Assembly (NCBI GenBank): GCA_949358305.1
Contig: OX442314.1
Span: 25,172,001-25,236,000 of the forward strand
Length of the DNA: 64,000 nt
From: Strigamia acuminata
Taxonomy: Eukaryota
Direction: 5' to 3'
Below, piece by piece: positions 25,400-39,143 of the stretch. The translations under genes were made by a program, and so were the position numbers. Within the stretch, counting starts at the first letter, position 1. Every line of letters starts with the position of its first letter. The notes under the pieces were generated by a model. The model was not told where the DNA came from. It did no database searches and was given only the letters and a program-made list of their open reading frames with translations.

Positions 25400-28300
25400 A
25401 TGGAGCAAGAACCGAATTTACAAAAAGTAAACATGATTGTCGACGAAGAATACGACTCGAGAAATAATGGAAAGGTAAAAATTCACTTTATTCACAAAAA
25501 AATCACTAAAATACATGAAAAAACATGAAAAAACATTAAAAATCATGAAAATTTATGAAAAAAACATTAAAAACCATGAAAATTTATGAAAAAACATTAA
25601 AAACCATGAAATTTCATGAAAAAAACATTAAAAATCATGAAAAACATAAAACAACATGTACAAACATGAAAAATCGATTGACACGTGTGAAACTTGCTGT
25701 AGTTGCAAAGGAAAAGACTTCCGTAACAATTTTTCACAAAACTACGGAAGTTCAACCCTTTCGAAGTAAAGAAAAAACTCAAGGATGTTGAGAAACAAAG
25801 TAATACGCAAAAAAAATACTAAGCAAAAAATTTGACCCATTTAATTAGCAAATTATTGATGACGAAATAGCAGAAATTATTGCGAAAGTTGATCGAGCTA
25901 ACATATAAATAAAAGACAGTCAACTCCCGTTCATTCAATCCGTAGATTTGTTTATACACACCTAACACGTGACACTGGGTGGTAAGTGTTTAAAGTATGT
26001 CTCTTTATATTGTCCTTACACGTAATTAACTTTAATATTATTTACTATAACTAAATCCATCTTTATATTTTTATTTATCGTTAGTTAGAAGTGGAATTTG
26101 TAGTTTGTTCTTTGATGGTGTAATTAATTTGTAATGTTATATGGTCCGATAGTCTCAAGAAAAGTATACAGAAACTTCATGTGCTCTTTGGTCTTGGTTT
26201 TTAGTTAATGTTTATCATTTTTTCAACTTGATGTTTTCTAAAAAAAAAATTAAAAAAATTTCAATTAAAATAAATTATTCAATTAATTCATTTAATTAAA
26301 TCAATGTTATCTCTATATGTTACTTTAATTTTCACTAAAAAAAAAAATATTTATATAAAATAAGTTTCAATTCTTTTTAACACTCTCGATAATTTCCTCA
26401 CACGTGAATAAATCCGAGCTGTAATTTTCGTCGATTAACTTTCTATAGCCTACATTAAAACAAGGTGGATTTTACATAATGGAGGATCAAGAGCATTCTC
26501 GCACAGCAAGTGTCATATTTTCCTTGACAGAAGAAGTCGGGGCATTGGCTAAAATCCTCAAAATATTCGAGGTAAGTGCACAACACCTCGTGTTCAGTAT
26601 TCGATGTTTACTTTTTCCTTTATTGTTTAGGAAAAGAAAATCAATTTAACCCACATTGAATCGAGACCTTCAAAACGATCTCCCGGTTCGTATGAATTCA
26701 TGGTCGAGTACGATACCCGTAACGGGTCCATCGGAGGTGCAACTGAAGATTTAAGGAAACGAACCAGTTACATGCAGGTCATTTCGAGAGACCACAAAGA
26801 TAATGCAGGCAAGTTCGGCATCGATTTGCGAACATAATTCACATTTATTGATGATTAAAATTAATTTATTTAGATACTGTACCTTGGTTTCCATCCAAAA
26901 TCAAGGATTTGGACAAATTTGCCAATCAGATTTTGTCGTATGGATCCGAATTGGACTCTGATCATCCTGTAAAAAAATTAAACCTAAATGAAATTAAACC
27001 TAAACTTAAAAAAAATTTTTTTTTTTTAGGGTTTTAAAGATCCTGAGTACAGAAATAGACGAAAATTCTTCGCTGATATCGCGTTTAATTATAAACAGTA
27101 AATTTTATTTTATTTTAAATAAATTTTTTTAAAATATTTAAAATATCAATTAATTTCAGTGGTCAGACCATTCCTCGCGTGGAATACACCCCTGAAGAGA
27201 TTAAAACGTGGTATGTTACAATGTTTTACTTAGAAAATTAAACATTTATTGTTATAAATTAATAATTTATACTAGGGGAGTTGTTTTCCGAGAATTAACT
27301 AAACTTTACCCAGACTACGCGTGCAGAGAGCACAACCACGTTTTCCCACTTCTGGTACAGAATTGTGGCTATTGGGAAGACAACATTCCGCAATTAGAAG
27401 ACGTATCCAATTTCTTAAAAGGTATTACACCATTAAAACCTTCTAGAAGTTCCTAGTTTTTTAGTATCTGGCGTCAAATAATATAAAATAAATATTCAGA
27501 GGTTCCTGACCGTCAGTTTGCGTCTATTTATTCAATTTTATCTGTTTAGTGAGTTTCAGAAAAACCTCGCAGCAGCAGAATAAATCATTGGAGAATTTCC
27601 CACCTTAAGCTTCACTCACATGACTCTGTTTGGATTTTTTTTCCTTAGATTGCACTGGATTCACTATCAGACCGGTTGCCGGCCTTCTCAGCTCAAGGGA
27701 CTTTTTAGCAGGATTGGCATTCAGAGTGTTTCATTCGACGCAATATATTAGGCATCCATCTTGTCCCTTGTACACTCCAGAACCGTAAATATATTGAAAA
27801 TGTTGAGCAGCGCTAGGAAATCTATGAATTTAAATTAATGAAATTATTTCCCATAGGCTTAACATGGGGAAATTATTATTGTAAAACATTGAAATGAATG
27901 GTAATTGTTTGGTTTTCCAATTTTCCTACGAGGAAACCAATTATTAAAATTGTTTTATTTCATTTCAATTGTCGGTATATAAACCGCTAAAGAAATAATT
28001 TTAATGTTGTTACGTGAAGCGACATTTGTCGTGTTGTGCAGCAAAGCGCGTGCACTGCAACACACCCGTGTAGTGCAACAAAGCTCTCGAGACAATTTTG
28101 TTCAGATTTCCTGGCAGTGCTGTATTTTGCTATTTATTTGACGATTTAAAAAATTCTATCTCAGGGATGTTTGCCATGAATTATTGGGTCATGTCCCACT
28201 ATTTGCTGATCCAAGCTTCGCTCAATTTTCTCAAGAAATTGGATTAGCATCACTCGGGGCTCCAGATGAGTACATTCAAATGCTAGCTACAGTAAATATA

Positions 28301-28876
28301 AAATTATTATTTTCAAAAAAATTAAAATTGTAAAATATTATTTTTAATTTTTTTTAAAGTGCTACTGGTTTACCGTAGAATTTGGTTTGTGTCGTCAAGA
28401 CGGCGAGATTAAAGCATTTGGTGCCGGTTTATTGTCATCTTTTGGTGAAATGCAGGTAATTTATTTGTTAAATAATTAAAATAATTTGTATTAATTGTTA
28501 TTTTCGTTGAATTTAGTACGCTTTGTCTGATAAACCTCAGTTAAGACCATTTGAACCTGCCAAGACAGGCGTGCAACCATACCCCATAACGGAATACCAA
28601 CCAGTTTATTACGTAGCTGAAAGTTTTGAAGACGCAAAAGAGAAAATGATGTAAAACATTCTTTTATACATTTATTCTTTTAAAAAGTAAAAAAACCCAA
28701 CACGGATTTTCAATTTTAGATTTTTTGCTGCGTCTATTCCAAGACCATTTGCAGTTCGCTACAATCCGTACACTCAAGGCATAGAAATCATTAACAGCAA
28801 ACCTCAAATCGAGACCATCATACGCGATATAAATAGCGAAGTTCAAACCTTATCGCAAGCCTTAAAAATGATTTAA
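25400..28876 (+). CDS. PAH: Phenylalanine hydroxylase (Henna-like), multi-exon
   Basis: ACT domain ([24 protein letters not shown]), then [71 protein letters not shown] and RYNPYTQ. Confidence 0.96.
25505..25670. repeat. ~30-bp A-rich degenerate tandem repeat in PAH intron 1
   Basis: AAAAAACATTAAAAACCATGAAAATTTATG-like units. Confidence 0.7.
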
Positions 28877-31800
28877 ACTTTGCTAAAAAATCTATAATTA
28901 ATTTAATATTTGATATTGTATTGTGTTAAAAAAAGAAAGAATGTATACGTTAATTAATTTGATATTTTGTAGTAGTTTTCTTTTGAGCTAACACTTTTAA
29001 AACCACTAAAATAAAATAAAACCCATTTACTCATAAACGTATTGTGACATGTTTTACGAATTGCCGCTATGACGTATTGGAAATGACTTCATATCATACC
29101 CGGAAGTCCACGAACAGCTTCTACTTGTATCGCAATCTCCAACTGCAAGCACTTCCCTCATTTCACTTTGATGCGATGCTTGATTGTGATATTCTTATAC
29201 ATCGTTTAAAGTCTCCCTCTCTAATGATTCGCCAGATAGAGGTAAGAATTTAATTAATTGTGAATGTTTTTAAAGTTTTTTTATTTTAATTTTAGATGTT
29301 TTCATGCAGGAAACTGCACCGTTTTAATTTAATCTAATGTGAAGTAAATAAATCTTGTGAGGTGTGAGTTAATGCATTAAAAAAATAATAATTTACTGGA
29401 CAAAATCATGAATAAATGATAAAGTATAGTCAACAGTTGTTGATTGAAAATTCCCTGGGATTGTTTGTTTTAAATTAAAAAATTTTGTTTTTGTTTTTAT
29501 TTTGTAAGGGGCTTGTTGAACTCATACTGATATGAAAGGGCCAAATGTAAGTGGGAGGCCTAATTAAGCTGTGACAAGTTTATTCCCCAACATAAACTTC
29601 ATTAACATGACTATATCCTGTCATGCAATGCTTAAATTGTGGGTTGATTTCCCCCGCCTCTAAATGTTGCAAAATGTAAATAAAACGTGTAAATACAATT
29701 AATTTAAAAATCAACAGAAAGATATTTGATTTTATTGATTTTCAGAGACCGATTATTAATAAATATACTTTAAAATTTATGTATTTCGTTTATTTAACAG
29801 CACAAAACATAAAATTAAGCGAAGCAATAAAACAGAAGAAACACAAAGCAATTAAGTGAATTCGGAGTGAAAATGACAAAAATCAATGATTGTTAATTCC
29901 CAGAATTCACAAAGACAAAAATCTCTAGGGTAATGAAATAATTACACATCGAACAATGTTATTATAACAGCTGCCATGATGTTTTTATAGCGCCATAAAA
30001 GTGGGCTTTTTCTCTTGCTCATGCCGTGCTGGTTTCCACATATTGATTAATGAGATGAACCTTTCTAAGAATTCCTTCATCAGTTTAATCAGGTAATCAC
30101 AATCTATACTCATTGATAAAAGCTATTTCCTCAATATAATATTGCATATAGAAAGGTAATAATTTATTTTCTAAATTTCGTCATTAAGTTTCACAACATT
30201 CAGTGGACATTATTATGGAAGTTGGAAATATGAAAATTTTCATATAGTTTAGTTATTCCACTAATGTTGAGATTAAAAATTGTGATAAAACGTGAAGTGC
30301 ATTTAATGAGAAAAGTGGCTGATGGTGTTAAAGTTTTATAATATTGAGGGTTAATGAAGTTAAGTTGAGGTTTTTAGTCCAATTTGGAATGGGAGGGGGG
30401 GGGGGAAAAAGTCTCTAGAGTGTTAAACTTGAAGTAAATAAAAAGATATTCAAAGTTTACCAATCAATTTCTAAAGTCCTTGACTACAAGTGGATGTAAC
30501 AGTTGAAAATCGCGTTGAAGTCCAAGATGGCGTTGGAGTATAAAGGAGCACGACCACACAGTTTAAGTTGAAAAAGTACACTGAGTTTTTATTCTAATCT
30601 TAAAAGGAAAAGGAAATGCAAATGACACGGTTCGCAGAACCAATCACAAGCATCCGTGAGATAGGGGAATGACGTGTTCAGGTAGAGGAATGCAAAACGG
30701 ATTAAAGGGATTAACATGTCAAGATTCCAATAATAAAAGAACAGGTCAATACATATAAGTGGAAATAAAAATACATTATAACAAATTGGCAAAATCACAA
30801 ATAAAATATCGAAATCTCGAATAAAAATGGAAATACAAAGAAACAATATAAATTCAACAATACAAATCAAATAATGTAACTAAACAATAATTCACGCGTA
30901 AAATCATCCGATTTTCACATAGAGTATTTATTAACCAAAATTTCATCTTTGACATGCTAAAAAAGCCGACTACAAATTGGTTTAATGAAAATCCTTCCGA
31001 GTAATTAAAAGAAGCACTATTCTTCATGAAAGTAATAATTTATTAGTGAAAAAAAAAAACCGCTTAATTAATGGAAATAAATAAATAAATGTTTGCTGAA
31101 TTTTATAAAAATAAAAATATAGTTGTTGTTTAATTCGAATTTCAGACACCGCGGCGCTGATGTGGCACGAAATGGCAAGAAAACTAACAAAATTACACCA
31201 AAGCTTGTCTAAAATGATATATAATTTATTTGTGAATTTTATTTTACAGATATTAAAGGTTTGAAAATGAAACAATCTGAAATATACTCACAAAAGACAC
31301 TACAGGTCTTATTAAACAGTGTCAACAAAAACAAACCTAAGGTCTAAGGATTAATCATTTGCAGTTAAGCCAATTCTTGTCGCAGTTGTTGCAGCTTTAT
31401 TGCACGGGAACAGGAACTATGGTATTGAGTGATTAATAGCATTGAAGAAGTGGCAGTTAATGAAAGTCAATTGCAATACTTAGACCCCGAGCAAAATGAT
31501 AATTATATAAATGTATTTCACACAAATATAAATATATATTTTTTAAAAATCTAAATAAATAAAGAAGCTGTAAAAAAAATTATATGATTTCCAACATTTC
31601 TGGCCAACTATTTGTAATGTATGTTATTAGCACGGTCTTGACAGTTGTGGTAAAAAAGGTAGTAAAAGAAGATACTAAAGTCTGACATCAGGTGAGATTT
31701 AATTTGCAGTTAGTATGTGTTTACTGCTTTCATACACTAGACTGTGTAATGCCACACTTTGCATACATAACATGGTTTAATCCAAGGGATAAAGGGAAAT

Positions 31801-34364
31801 TTGTCCCTAGAAAAATTGTATATTCTTTTGTAGATATTGACAACTAAGATTTACGAGCAGGTGATTTGTGTTTGCGTGTGAACAGATATGAGTTTATTGC
31901 TTTTTTTTTCATTTATTCTATGAGAAAAGTTGATTATAACCAGGGAACAATGCCACTTTATACAAACACAACATTAAAATGGGTTTATTTATCACTCTAT
32001 AACATTAGTTACACTTTGCACTTAGAAAAACTGGAAACCCAATTGATTTTCGTGTGAAATTTTATTTTCTTTTTTTTTATATGCAAAAAAAATATATTAA
32101 AAAAATTTTTGAATTAATTTTTTTTGTTTATTTATTGCAGTCGTGCACTCCCCAAAATGACAAATTGAAAATTTTCATGGGTTACTTAAAGCTCATAAAA
32201 AAAATTTAGTTTAATGAATAGAAAAGAGTTTTTTTGTTGTTGAACATGGATTCCTCTGGAGGAAAAAGCTTCTTAGAGATGTCATAAATTAGTTTAACAG
32301 GTGGGGGTTGCCATGGAAACGACATCCCCGCAAGATCATGGAGCGTTTCACCTCACAATGGAGAGATTTGTGTTTATTTTAGATGGTGGGAAAATTTTTA
32401 ATAGCCAAATATCGATTCGCATTGCAAGAAAAGTGAAACGGATCAACGCTTGACTTGCGACTTGCAAGAATTAATGAACAAAGTTACAAAGCCCGTGACA
32501 CCCCAAACTCCCCAACGGGTTTCCTTTTATTTAAAAATACAAAAATTATGTTAGAAATTTAAAATAAAAAAATTGGATTGAAGCGTTTTAAAAAAGTGGC
32601 GCCCTCTAACGGAAATTTTAATCTTTGTTCAGGAAGCCATTGGGGTGGCCATTACCAAATCTTAATTCGGTATTTATTTAATCCATCAACATCCACAAAA
32701 CAATCAGTAGAAACAATAATTCAAGCAATGTGACAAACAAATTGAATAAGTTAAAAAAGGTTTAAAATAGTATTTGTTTCGTGCGATATTAATTAAATGG
32801 TATTTTTCATTTTTCATTTTTTTTTTCTGTGAACATTTTTAGCTGATGATCTTGACACTTGGAATACAAAGTTGAAGCTGTGTCACGTAAGAAAAGGCCA
32901 CCTTTAAAGAGCACACGCCCACCTACGTAATCTTCGATCGACTCGCCTCCACGCACGAATTGCAGTCGGCTCAGACTGCGCGGTGCCAATTCACCAGCTT
33001 CTTGCACATTTCTTGTTCCAGTCTTCCTGTAGTTTGTAGGTAAATTATAAATTCAAATAATTTATTTATTTATCCGTTTTTTACTTTGTTTCGAATGCAT
33101 GTTTTATTGACATTTTATAATGACACGTTAATAAATGAATCGCGAGTGAAATTCACTTAGCAGTTTGTGGGCAATTTCTATCAGAGAAGTGAATTGCCAA
33201 CATTTAATTTATTTATAAGCTCGGTTGTTGGGTGTGTTGTGCTTGAGGTAAGGTAAGTGTTATTTAGTATTTAGAAAATAGACTGTTAATGAATACCATT
33301 GTGTGAATGGAAGGTCATCATTAGACGGATTTGTTAATTAGTTTGGCTGTTGTTTGCCCAATTGATAATGGAATTATTAATATTTTAAATATCAATAGGA
33401 TTTTATTTTATTTTTATTATATAATAATGAATGGTGATTATTTTCATTATTATGTGGGAAATAAAGTGGAGTTTCATGAAGTAATTGACAAATTTGTGAA
33501 ATATGGGTCAAGATTTCTGTGTTTTGAAGGCTAAAATAATTTAAAACTTAACTAAGTGACAATTCTATGAAATAATATTATTTTGTAACATTATTCAGTG
33601 TTTTTTTTGGGATAAGCGCCACTCCAATTGAGTGTGGTTTTTGTTGGAACTAGATACAGTGTTAAAATATTTTTAAAAAATGCACAAAGCTTCTTTCCAC
33701 AATCTAACTGTTAAAATTCATTTACAGGAGTGGAAATTACTTGCAAAACAAGCAATTTACACACTGTTTAGCATAATTAATGAAGTTTTTAGTTTTGGTA
33801 ATTTTACATTATATTATTCTGCATGAGGTAGATTTGTAAATGTAATTCTGCCAGATCGTATTTGTCAATATTTAACTAATAATAAAATCGAGATTAAGTA
33901 CCCCATTCCCTCTGGAAATATAATATGCATGAGTGTGTTGTGAATTTATTTTACAGTGAATTTAATATGATGGTTTAGAACAGTTGTTGACAATTTATCA
34001 CACCAACTAGAAACTAGGGAATTCTTTATTAAATTTCCACACATAACAAAAACCAAAAAAACAAACCAAAAATTTAAAATAATTAAATCTGTTTTCCTTT
34101 TTTTCTAGGCCTAATTCTGTGGATTTAAAATGTGCACCATTTGGATGAGCCATGTTTACACAGTTTCAATTATTGGACGTTAATAAATTGCTGGATTACC
34201 TTCTACAAACCATGTAGTTCACCGTGGAACTAATGGATTAATTTAAGTAGATAGATTTTTAGCATAGAATCTAACTATATTATATAAAAATCAACATTGA
34301 ATTGGATAACCCAATATGATAAACACAGAGGATACATTGGAAAATTGTAGATAACAAATCCATA

Positions 34365-34418
34365 ATGCAAGAGGACTCTCGTGCAACAAGGACTTACCCA
34401 TCCAGAGAAACCGTCAAG
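34365..34418 (+). CDS. Candidate first coding exon (MQEDSRATRTYPSRETVK) of an unidentified large gene
   Basis: The exon starts after a pyrimidine-rich TTCTAG acceptor at ~34108 and ends at a phase-0 AAG|GTAC donor. Upstream non-coding exon donors lie at ~33040 and ~33250. Confidence 0.35.
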
Positions 34419-35831
34419 GTACTGTGAAAAATACAAGTTATCGAGTGATTGTTTTTATTATAAAACAGTAAACTCTTGAAGAAATTAATTAAACGATCCA
34501 CAAGTAACATCATTTATTTGTTATTCATACAATTAATATTTTGCTTCGTACGAAACCCGCGTTGTACTAGAGGGTTTATCGCAAGTCACTTTAGGGGTAT
34601 TTTGATGAAATTTGAAATTGTTTTTTTCTTTTTTTAAATTTGTTTGGGTAAAATGCAAGTTCACCTTAAGTTTCCAAGAAGGTTGTGCACTCATGACTAA
34701 TTCAAGAGAATTTCCACTCGGTTTTTATAGCAACATAAAACAGTCCTTGGGTAATGGAGTAATTAAAAGACAGAATTTTTAAATTTTTTTGTTTTGTTTA
34801 CATTTTTTAATTTTTGAATGGTGAATCGATTTTATTGGCGCAACACTGAGAATTTGGTGCAAATCCTGAGGTTTTTTGTAGAATTTGTTATTGTAAAGAG
34901 GTCATCTTGGATTTGGAGAGGTGATCAGTATTCTTACTGTGTGGGCTGGAGCCTGACAATCTCAATCCCTTTGAATTCCCCCAAAATGGCTTCCACAATT
35001 TTAATTTTTTTTGCGTGTGTGGGATTTTAATTGGCTTTTAGACCTTGGTTTCAAAATTTATGCTCAAAAATTGAGCTTGAAGTTGAAATGTGTTATTATA
35101 ATGCAATTTGTATTTTTTGTTGTTGTAACCACAACAAGGAAGTGGTCAAGTAGGTCAATGGGAGGTTTTTAATTTTTAAAATGAAGAGGTGAAAAGAGTT
35201 TACAATTGATTAATTTCCAGTGTTGTTTTTTTTAAAATTTGTTTTATCTTTTATCTGATGGATTTCATCATAGGATTCGCAGGGTTTAGTGAATCAAGGG
35301 AGCATGTAATAAATAGGTCTAATTTTGACCAGTCATTGAGCCGGGGTGTCAGCTTCCATTAGTGCAAGTTACATGAAATCAGATTTTCCCCTCAGTGACG
35401 TCATTATGAGGGAGTGATGAAATTTGGTTGGGTGAAACTTGTAGCTTAAAATAATTGGTTCAGAGCTCACCAGATGGGGTGTGTTGTAATTGATTTTGTG
35501 CGGTTGATTAGTTTGTGCGGGGAGTTTGGGCTAAAGGGGTTTCATTTGTGATTTGTACATGAAGGGTTTGTCATATGGAGCGAATTATAGAAGTGGATCT
35601 AATTTCGTTGTTTACATGTCGTAAAATTCATTCGCTGGTTTGATTGGAAAATCAACATGGGGCCTAAACTTGACCGCTGGCATCGGTGCTTAAATAAAAC
35701 AACGAAAGACAGAAATGGGACAAAAATTTCGAATAAAATCTACTGGTAATGTTTACCACAGGCATTTTCATCCACAGCAAAGTATTACTAAAACACGTGC
35801 AATTTTTAGATTTACAAATGCACATTTAAAC

Positions 35832-36062
35832 CAAAAAGTCCCATTTTAGCGAACATGTCATTTTAGCGACAGAAAAACCTAGGTTTTAGCGACAATCTGG
35901 CTCAAAAAAGTGGTTCTCATAAAAAAACCAGTAAGGTTAGGTTTGCGGGGGGTCAAGGGGGGGCGCAGCCCCCTCGTCTTAGCCCTTCTTAGGAATTAAA
36001 CCTAGGTTTTTGTGTTGCTAAAATGAAATCGCTAAAATGAAATCGCTAAAATGATGTACATC
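35832..36062. mobile_element. Non-autonomous inverted-repeat element (MULE-like?)
   Basis: Inverted CATTTTAGCGA/TCGCTAAAATG subterminal repeats, internal GGGGGGCGCAGCCCCC hairpin, flanking 9-bp direct repeat CATTTAAAC. Confidence 0.55.
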
Positions 36063-37054
36063 CATTTAAACAGTGTTGCAGCTGGTTCACTTAAATGTGA
36101 ACGCGTTCAAGTTCATGTTCATCACCGTGTGAACTTGAACCAATAGTTCACGTTCACTTTTGAAATTTTTAAAAAAAAATTGACATGTTTTTTGTTTCAT
36201 TTTGTGCATTGCAGATGGAAAGAAACCACTCTTTTTTAGAAAAGCAGTCGTTTTCATGCCTTTTTATGACGGCTGTTTTTGTCATAAAAAATTTTGTGTT
36301 TAGGGGCCCCGCAATACCTAAATCCGGCCCTGCCCCCGGACCTTTAGGGCCCCGGTATCGGTGTTTTAATTTGTTGTTGGATTTTGTTGCTTCGTCATTG
36401 TGCGATTCTAACTGTCACCAATAGGGGAGAGAAAGGCTTCAAGCTGGGATAAAAATGTAATATATTGATGGGTATAGCATCGAGAATGAAACGTTGGGAT
36501 GTGTACAGATCATGTGCAACAAAAGATAGTGTGAGTGAAGAAAAATAGAGGTCAAGAAACCCAGTTCGGTTTATGCGTTTGGGTTCATGGAAACATCCAA
36601 TCAAGGTGGTTATTGTGCTAGTGTTGTTGAGAGTCTTGAAGGGAACGTTGAATTGGCAATGTGGGGGTAGTAGATTGCGGCATGAGAATCAAGGGAACAA
36701 TATTTAGGGAATTGACCAATTTGCCTCTGAAATATACATGCTTTGGCACAACATGCTGTTTTCATCAAGGATACACATAAAAGTGTAACCGCAACTGGTC
36801 CCTGATAGCAAACAAGGCTCAATGAGCTGAGTCTTTGGGACTTGAGGCAATATGATTAACTTCTCAAGATAATGGGAAAAAATACAAAGACGCTTCAACT
36901 TGTAAGGAAGTAGTTATTAATATACATTTCATATCTGTCTGCGGTGCGATCGATTCTGGCAGTGGCGGGTTTAGCATTTGCGAGGTCCCAGGCAAATTTG
37001 GATAAATGTGAAGTACGAGGCCCTAGGCTAAAAGCCTAGCTCACTTGCATGTTC

Positions 37055-37195
37055 ATCAGCCATAAGCTCCAAGGAACGGTAAAAAATTACTTCGCGACTG
37101 AACTGGAATGCTTAGCAGTTGTGTGGGCTGTAAGGAAATTTCGAGACTACCGTACCTCGAATACACCAAATTCATGGTACACACCAACCACCAAG
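37055..37195 (+). pseudogene. Gypsy-type pol RNase H fragment (frameshifted)
   Basis: Reads ISHKLQGTVKNYFATELECLAVVWAVRKFRDY / LEYTKFMVHTNHQ, matching the Ty3/Gypsy RNase H motif NY..TE.E.LAVVWA..KF..YL....F...TDH. Confidence 0.8.
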
Positions 37196-37635
37196 ACCAC
37201 CATAAAACTGCCACTGAATTCTTAAGTTCGTCATTTCACCATGTGCTGTAGTTTCTTTATCGAGTTAGGTGGTGGTCACTTTGGAAATTATTCTTTCAAG
37301 TTAATCAATGCGCATTTGGTTATTAAATACAGAAAGTGTTGATTATCCAAAGTGATCGGGGGACGTGGGTGTTCATAAAACCCATTTGTTCGCATAATCA
37401 GACATTAGGTGCCGTATTTCTTTTATCTTTGATTCTAAGATGCACTTCCTACTTTTATTTAGACTTAGTTTTTTGGAATAAAACTTAGCTGTCGATTGTA
37501 AGATGCACATATATTTGTAATATTTTTCTCATTTTTATGACAGTGATTACAGGGAAACACACTAAATTTAAACAGTTTGTTCAAAATTTACTCGCAGGTG
37601 ACGGTATTTTTTTCATCTTGTATGTCTGAATCAAT

Positions 37636-37919
37636 TACCATGTTTACATGTACTCACTTATCCAGATAAGTGAAAATGCAAAATTTACTTTTCTGGAAAA
37701 CTGATCATGTAAACAAATCAGTTTTCCAGAAAAGTCAAACTTATCTGGAAAACTAAAATCTATTTGTTTGAGGTAGATTTTGGGTGTTTTGCGCAGTGTA
37801 TTGTGGATGATTAATGCTCAAGTTAGAAAACTGATTCTTTGTAAACGCATGCAGTTTTCCACAAAAGTAATATTCGAATTTTCACTTATCTGGATAAGTG
37901 AGTACATGTAAACATGGTA
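37636..37919. mobile_element. PIF/Harbinger-type MITE
   Basis: Long TIR TACCATGTTTACATGTACTCACTTATCCAGATAAGTGAAAAT, with 3-bp TSD AAT. Confidence 0.85.
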
Positions 37920-38019
37920 AATGACATGTAGTCTGATTCATCAGACTGTCAAAATGTGTAAAAACATGCGATTCTAAGATGCACCTGATTCAAAGGGGAG
38001 TTTTAGACGTATTTTTATA

Positions 38020-38273
38020 CCGTATTGTACCGATTAAAAGTCGCCTTCGAATTGTAGCCGCCCTAGAATAGTAGCCGTGGCTGAGACACCAAGAATACCG
38101 TATTTTTGCAAAAGTACGGTATTGTTTCCGTATTTAACCTCACGAACGATGAACGTACGCTTCGTTTGTTTGTTACATTAAACAAATATAAGAAACGAAA
38201 AACCGAAGTTGTAATTGCTGACAAAAATGGCAGTTTTGAATAAGAGCCGCGGCTCTTAATCGATAAAATACGG
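38020..38273. mobile_element. pogo-type MITE
   Basis: Imperfect TIR CCGTATT..CGATTAA..G.CGC, TA flanks. Confidence 0.75.
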
Positions 38274-38819
38274 TATACTATATTGTACATGCAAATAAGA
38301 AATCGATTAAAAACCATTAAAAATTCTTTATAAAATCGATAAAAAATCGAAAAATTGCTGTTCGGATAATTGGTCGTTCGCTTAACCGACGTTCGGATAA
38401 TCGACGCTTTACTGTACACGGAATTCTGTTTTTACACGGTAGAAATCAGAAATTGTGTAAAAACATAATTGAATTTATTTTTGTAGAGTAAAAAAAGACT
38501 GTAAAAACAGAATAAGATGTTCATTCATAAGTGACTTATGGAAAAGGAAGACAAGTAGTGATTTCCTCTTTTGCTTTTTGAAGCAGAATAAGTGAACTTT
38601 TGGTCGAGACTTTTTCTCTCATGAAATTATTAAGTATTATTGCGGAAGTAACAAATTATCGATACCAAGAAGCGATATCACTCTTCCAAGTCTGCGCATG
38701 CCCAGGGATGACGTTGCTGGTAGCTGTGGGCAGACTTTAGATTAGATTGAATGGAAAAGGTTAATTCTCAGTCATAAGATGGGCAGCACAGTGACGGATT
38801 TAGGCTTTTGCCACCCCTA

Positions 38820-39143
38820 CAGTTTGCGCTCGGTATCTTGATACAAAATTCGTACTGCGCATCCCATTCTGCGCAGACGATTTTCTAATTCCAGTTTTAT
38901 TTAGCTGTATTAAGCCTAATAATGCTAAAAATAAGGTAAATAAATAAAAATATTTTGGTACAATGCTGTAAATTACTTTTAATAATGAGTTTATTGTTGT
39001 TTATTTACTTTATATTAGCATTATTAGGCCTAATATTAGGCTTGATACTTGATACTGCTAAATAACAACTGGAATTAGAAAATCATCTGCGCAGAATGGG
39101 ATGCGTAGTACGAATTTAGCATCAAGATACCGGGCGTGAACTG
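38820..39143. mobile_element. Palindromic Tc1/pogo-type MITE
   Basis: CAGT..ACTG termini, TA TSD, ~130-bp imperfect inverted arms. Confidence 0.8.
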
